Shown one piece after another: positions 59,815 through 64,000 of a stretch of DNA of 64,000 nucleotides. A program made the translations under genes and the position numbers. The notes beneath the pieces were generated by a model. It had not been told where the DNA came from, searched no databases, and saw nothing but the letters and a program-made list of their open reading frames with translations. The stretch spans positions 994-64,993 of the IMG/VR virus record IMGVR_UViG_3300046513_000235, one strand, 5' to 3'. Position 1 is the first letter of the stretch; every line of letters begins with the position of its first letter. This stretch comes from a virus. Its lineage: Duplodnaviria; Caudoviricetes.

Positions 59815-61191
59815 ATGTCAACAGTTAGCAAGTACACAGTGCGTACGAGCGGACGTAGAACGTTCCGTAGATGTATGCGCAAATGGGGATTCCAATCCTC
59901 TATGAGATTGAATCTGCAGCGTAAGGGGGCGGAAACCAATATCAATTTTTGGTTCGGCTCTGCTATCCATTTTGCGATGGAGGATTACTTCGGACATAAC
60001 AAGTTCGGAGATGTAACAAAAGCTTTTCAGGCTTACTACGCAGCGTTCAAACCTGCGGATCGTCCTAATGGAGCAGATGAGCATTATTACTTGGGCATGG
60101 GGATGTTGGACTACTTCAAGACGTGGTATCCTAAACACAACGAGGCCTACGGCTTCGAAACTGTGTGGTTGGACGCCGATAAGAAGGAAGTAGCACCAGG
60201 CACTCCTGGAGCTAAGCCACTTATCGAATCTTCCTTCATTCTGGACCTCAGTACGAAGGTATGGGCCCGTCAAGATACGGGTGCAATTGTAGACCTGGCC
60301 GATTACAATGAGGTAATTAAGCCAGATAATAAACATTACATCGTCATAGGTACCGCGGATACTGAAATGGCCTGGGAGCCATCCGAAGAAGTACTGGTAG
60401 AGGTAATTGAAGTTCCTGTATGCTATCATGGTACACTTGACCGTGTAGTGCGTGATAAAGCTGGTCGTTGGTGGATTATGGACTGGAAGACGGCTAAAAG
60501 TGCAGATACTAATAAGCTTGATACTGATGATCAGATCAGTGCTTATATGTGGGCAGCTGAACAGTGGTTTGGCCATCCCTTCCACGGATTTATTTATGTG
60601 CAGTTGACTAAGGACCTGGCTAAACCACCTAAGCGGCTGGGTAATGGGACTATGTCGGTAGACAAGAAACAGAAGACCACCTACGCACTGACAAAGGAAA
60701 TGATTATCAAGGATTATGGAGAAGTTAGGAAAGCTCCGGCCAAGACAATTGACTTCCTTAACATGATTGCCGCACAGGAGTCCCCAGAAGGGGACCGTTA
60801 TATTCGTTGGGATCTTGTTACTCGCACTAAGGCACAAAAGGAAAGCACTTATCGCAACATACTTGCCGAAGTAAATCTTATGATCCAACCAAATCTAGAC
60901 TTGTTCCCGAATCCTACGCGAGACTGTATCTGGGATTGTGATTTCCGCGACACATGCCTTCGTATGGATAACGGGGACGAACATCAGGCTATGCTGGATC
61001 TTTATGTCTCGTATGAAGAGCGTCCTCGTGAGGAGGATGGTAATATCGACCCATGGAGGGTAAATATCCCATGGCCTGATACAGATCGTTATGCTGCTGT
61101 AGGAACACTGGTTAAGGAAATGGAAATGGATGCCGAACGCATACTTAATATCATTCTGCCGGCAGGTTACGATACTGAAGACAGAGATTAG
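59815..61191 (+). CDS. PD-(D/E)XK (Cas4/RecB-like) exonuclease
   Basis: FRRC, FGSAIH, GTLD, MDWKT, Q..AY, CIWDC.F..C. Confidence 0.85.
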   Translation: MSTVSKYTVRTSGRRTFRRCMRKWGFQSSMRLNLQRKGAETNINFWFGSAIHFAMEDYFGHNKFGDVTKAFQAYYAAFKPADRPNGADEHYYLGMGMLDYFKTWYPKHNEAYGFETVWLDADKKEVAPGTPGAKPLIESSFILDLSTKVWARQDTGAIVDLADYNEVIKPDNKHYIVIGTADTEMAWEPSEEVLVEVIEVPVCYHGTLDRVVRDKAGRWWIMDWKTAKSADTNKLDTDDQISAYMWAAEQWFGHPFHGFIYVQLTKDLAKPPKRLGNGTMSVDKKQKTTYALTKEMIIKDYGEVRKAPAKTIDFLNMIAAQESPEGDRYIRWDLVTRTKAQKESTYRNILAEVNLMIQPNLDLFPNPTRDCIWDCDFRDTCLRMDNGDEHQAMLDLYVSYEERPREEDGNIDPWRVNIPWPDTDRYAAVGTLVKEMEMDAERILNIILPAGYDTEDRD

Positions 61192-61199
61192 GAGACAGC

Positions 61200-61373
61200 A
61201 TGCCAGAAGATAATGTTACTACAATTGACGTTTGGGAGAAACGTTGGAATACGTTGAAAAATTGGCTGGCGGCAGAACAAGATAGGGAAGGTTATGACGA
61301 TCCGCACTACAATATGATGGACATAGTGGATTCGGCCATAACACTAATCGAGAAAATGGGGGACGATTTATAA
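61200..61373 (+). CDS. Small hypothetical protein (57 aa, not in ORF track)
   Basis: AGGAGA RBS; stop overlaps the next start. Confidence 0.5.
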   Translation: MPEDNVTTIDVWEKRWNTLKNWLAAEQDREGYDDPHYNMMDIVDSAITLIEKMGDDL

Positions 61374-62461
61374 TGCCAGAACAACCGAAACAAGAGGTAA
61401 AGGCTGCTGACGTACCAGGGGGTGGTGATCAGGCCGCGAAGCCAGGGATTCCGGTAGCTCAACCGTCCTTTGACTACTCTAACTTGAGTCACATGATCCC
61501 TATGATGGGATTGCGCCCTATTGAGTCTGTATATAACTGGCTTAATGCCCTGTTTTACGGAGCCTATGGGGATGGTAAGACCTGGTTGGCGGGTTCCGCA
61601 TGCCTTGAAGAGAATATGCGGGATATCCTGTACGTCAGTTTGGAGGGGGGTGAAAAGACCCTCCGCGACCTGATTCGTCTTTGTAAGGAACGTGGTATTG
61701 ACCCAAGTTGCATCATGGTCATGCCTATTCAAACTTATCGGCAATTTGCTCAGTCCTATGAAACGCTTAAGGCACATGTAGCTTTCCGTGATTCGAACAA
61801 TATCAAGGGTCTGCGTATGATTGAATGCCAGCTGCGCGGAGTAGAGATGTTGGAAAAGATTGGGTGGCAGCCAACTACTACAGACCCTGCCAAGGTTGTT
61901 GCCGAGATGACGGCAGCCATCCAGAAGTTGTCCCAGAATGCTGAAGCACTGGAGACACTTATTCCTAGCCCTAAGAAGTTCAAAACCGTTATTATTGATT
62001 CCTTGACCGAAGCACAGAAGTACTGCATGTATCAGATTCTTGGAATTGATCCGCTGTCACAGAAATTGGATAAGGAACCCGATTCTGCAGAGTGGAAAGA
62101 CTGGGGTTCTTCACGTGAAATGATCCAATTCTTGGTTCGTCGTTTCCGTGACCTGGAGATTCATTCTATCTTTGTTGCTGCCGTAGACGAAGACCAGGAT
62201 GCCAAGAAGAAATGGTACTTCACTCCGATGCTTCCTGGTAAGCTTTCGAAGGATGTACAAGGCCTTGTTGACGTTGTGGGGTTCATCAAGAAGATGCCAC
62301 AAGAGGGCGGAAAGCAGGTTATTCATCGGCTATTCTTGGAGGGCGGAGACTATGGCGGTACCAATATCGCAGCCAAACACCGTTTTGGAGCTAAGATGAA
62401 AGGCCGCCAATATCTTGACGACGCTACTATGTCTACCTTGTATGAACTGGATAACGGCTAA
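61373..62461 (+). CDS. Sak4/AAA_24-like recombination ATPase
   Basis: YGAYGDGKT, VIIDSLT, VDVVG; next to exonuclease. Confidence 0.8.
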   Translation: MPEQPKQEVKAADVPGGGDQAAKPGIPVAQPSFDYSNLSHMIPMMGLRPIESVYNWLNALFYGAYGDGKTWLAGSACLEENMRDILYVSLEGGEKTLRDLIRLCKERGIDPSCIMVMPIQTYRQFAQSYETLKAHVAFRDSNNIKGLRMIECQLRGVEMLEKIGWQPTTTDPAKVVAEMTAAIQKLSQNAEALETLIPSPKKFKTVIIDSLTEAQKYCMYQILGIDPLSQKLDKEPDSAEWKDWGSSREMIQFLVRRFRDLEIHSIFVAAVDEDQDAKKKWYFTPMLPGKLSKDVQGLVDVVGFIKKMPQEGGKQVIHRLFLEGGDYGGTNIAAKHRFGAKMKGRQYLDDATMSTLYELDNG

Positions 62462-62477
62462 ATAAATTTTGCAATTA

Positions 62478-62517
62478 TAGTTCATTTCAAGAGCTGGCTG
62501 TATATTATATAAATATG
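62478..62517 (+). promoter_or_regulatory. Phage-motif promoter for the que operon
   Basis: TAGTTCATTTC-N13-ATATTATATAAATATG. Confidence 0.7.
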
Positions 62518-62549
62518 CAGTCAGTTTTCTATTTTAAGGAGGCTACAAA

Positions 62550-63086
62550 GTGGGCAAAGAACAAGTAATGGTATGTAAGACGTTTTCGTTCGATTCATCG
62601 CATCAATTGATTGGGCATTTTGGCAAATGCGCTAATCTGCACGGGCACACGTACAAGCTGGAAGTTAAGTGCTTGGATACTCCCACAGAGATCTATGAGC
62701 TGCCTGAAAGTCCGAGTAAGCTGGAGATTGATATGCACGACCGGAGTATTTCGGATGAGGGTTTTGTCATTGACTTCTACCATCTGAAGAAGGTCGTGCA
62801 TGAAGTTATCGTCGACAAGTTGGATCACGCCTTTATTGCGATGGGGAATGAACCTGCTTTGAAGACGCTGCAGCAGTCAGGAGCTAAGGTAGTTGTTCTT
62901 GGTTTCCGTACAACTGTTGAGAATATGTCCCGTTACATTTGCTGGCGATTAATGCTAGCTGGTTTGCCTGTATATTCTGTGCGCATGTGGGAAACACCTA
63001 CAGGCTGGGCAGAGGTGTTGGCAGAGGATATCGACATCAACGAAGGACCTTCTTACCGAACAATCGGTAGCTGTGATCTTGACTGA
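62550..63086 (+). CDS. queD: 6-carboxy-tetrahydropterin synthase
   Basis: H..GKCANLHGHTY, VIDF, LDH, TTVEN, WET. Confidence 0.93.
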   Translation: MGKEQVMVCKTFSFDSSHQLIGHFGKCANLHGHTYKLEVKCLDTPTEIYELPESPSKLEIDMHDRSISDEGFVIDFYHLKKVVHEVIVDKLDHAFIAMGNEPALKTLQQSGAKVVVLGFRTTVENMSRYICWRLMLAGLPVYSVRMWETPTGWAEVLAEDIDINEGPSYRTIGSCDLD

Positions 63087-63292
63087 TGGAGCGGCGTGGG
63101 AACAGTACTTGGGGAGCTCGTGGTGAACTTCATCCGGCAGCCAAACTGACTAATGCTCAGGCGGCTGAGATTAGACGCACCTACATTGCAAAAGAAGCCT
63201 TACAACAGGAATTGGCAGATCGTTATGGGGTTTCGCGTGCATGTATTACACTAGTGTTAAATAACAGGACATACAGGGAGGGCAAAGCATAA
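63086..63292 (+). CDS. Small HTH protein resembling the C-terminal domain of HNH endonucleases
   Basis: GELHPAAKLT..EIR..QQELADRYGVS..I....RTY. Confidence 0.65.
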   Translation: MERRGNSTWGARGELHPAAKLTNAQAAEIRRTYIAKEALQQELADRYGVSRACITLVLNNRTYREGKA

Positions 63293-64000
63293 TGGCAAAG
63301 AAGATTCCAGTAATGGAAATCTTTGGACCAACTATCCAAGGGGAAGGTATGGTTGTAGGTCAGAAGACAATGTTCTTGCGTACGGGTGGCTGCGATTATT
63401 CCTGCGCTTGGTGTGACAGTGCATTTACTTGGAACGGGGAACAGAAGGCAACCATGATGACTCCGCAAGAAGTGTGGGACAAGCTTCTCGATTTAGGTAC
63501 TACTAATGTACCTTTGTATGAGGAGGATGAACCGAATGCTAAGAGCGTTCCAATGTTCTGGGATCCTAGACGTAACTTCAGTCATGTTACCATTTCAGGA
63601 GGTAATCCGGCATTAATTGGAGAACCTATGGCGCAGCTGGTAGCTGGGTTACAGTTGCAAGGAATAGATGTCGGACTAGAGACACAGGGAACCAAGTGGC
63701 AAGATTGGTTTCTGGAGATTGATGATCTTACCATTAGTCCTAAGGCACCTTCAAGTGGGATGATTACAGATTGGGAGAAGCTGGATGATATTATCCATCG
63801 ATTGGTTGCCGGTACTGTTGAACTGGATATGCCTATGAACTTTTCCTTGAAGGTCGTCGTGTTCGATGACAAGGATTTCGAATATGCAAAACAAGTACAT
63901 CAGCGTTATCCGGTTGCAGAGTTCTTCGTATCTGTGGGAAATGAGAACTCTACGGAGCCGGGGGATATTTCAGCACGCTTGATTGGAAAGCTGGACTGGT
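63292..64000 (+). CDS. queE: 7-carboxy-7-deazaguanine synthase (radical SAM), cut by window end
   Basis: My translation: MAKKIPVMEIFGPTIQGEG..FLRTGGCDYSCAWCDSAFTW, ISGGNP, ETQG, TISPK. Confidence 0.95.
   Translation, partial: MAKKIPVMEIFGPTIQGEGMVVGQKTMFLRTGGCDYSCAWCDSAFTWNGEQKATMMTPQEVWDKLLDLGTTNVPLYEEDEPNAKSVPMFWDPRRNFSHVTISGGNPALIGEPMAQLVAGLQLQGIDVGLETQGTKWQDWFLEIDDLTISPKAPSSGMITDWEKLDDIIHRLVAGTVELDMPMNFSLKVVVFDDKDFEYAKQVHQRYPVAEFFVSVGNENSTEPGDISARLIGKLDW

Larger units (their letters stand above)
1541..61442. repeat. Dispersed element CGTACCAGG-(G/T tract)-GCGNAGC
   Basis: 14 exact cores: + at 1541, 6596, 13550, 24299, 33804, 40930, 51081, 54716, 61411; - with 5' base at 2991, 18694, 41226, 44593, 57194. 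Confidence 0.9.

Noticed and set aside
59818-60888. 356-aa - strand ORF antisense to the exonuclease
   Set aside because: Shadow ORF with no recognisable motifs
59815-61191. Cas4-like gene as evidence of a CRISPR system
   Set aside because: No repeat-spacer array or other cas genes; sits beside Sak4 as a normal phage recombination nuclease
1-64000. Integrase/repressor module, tRNAs, reverse transcriptase, introns or inteins
   Set aside because: None recognised by eye; pol, terL and primase read as uninterrupted. A tRNAscan or Infernal run would be needed to exclude RNA genes

Overview
The window looks like almost the whole genome of a tailed dsDNA phage (siphovirus-type) of a spore-forming Bacillota host; Paenibacillus-like is an inference from protein families. 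It is apparently circularly permuted, with a 7-deazaguanine DNA-modification cluster split across the window ends (queD and queE at the end; folE, queC and a dpdA-like transglycosylase at the start). The + strand carries nucleotide/modification genes and a UDG-fused family A polymerase (0.1-7 kb), and replication/recombination genes plus a sigma factor (51-64 kb). The - strand carries the packaging/head/tail/lysis operon (7-33 kb) and small genes, primase-helicase and ligase (40-51 kb). An early/accessory region of divergent sigma-A promoters and repeats lies at 33-40 kb. No integrase, tRNA or CRISPR array was seen. Highlights: (1) a genome-wide dispersed element CGTACCAGG + G/T tract + GCGNAGC mini-hairpin, with 14 exact core copies found by eye on both strands, inside and between genes; (2) a sporulation toolkit (SASP under a sigma-F-type promoter, SpoIIID, a sporulation-like sigma and a 7-copy promoter motif); (3) a four-gene paralogous HTH family; (4) repeat cassettes, interleaved inverted repeats and a candidate ncRNA at 35.5-40 kb. 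All calls are from reading the sequence; no searches were run.
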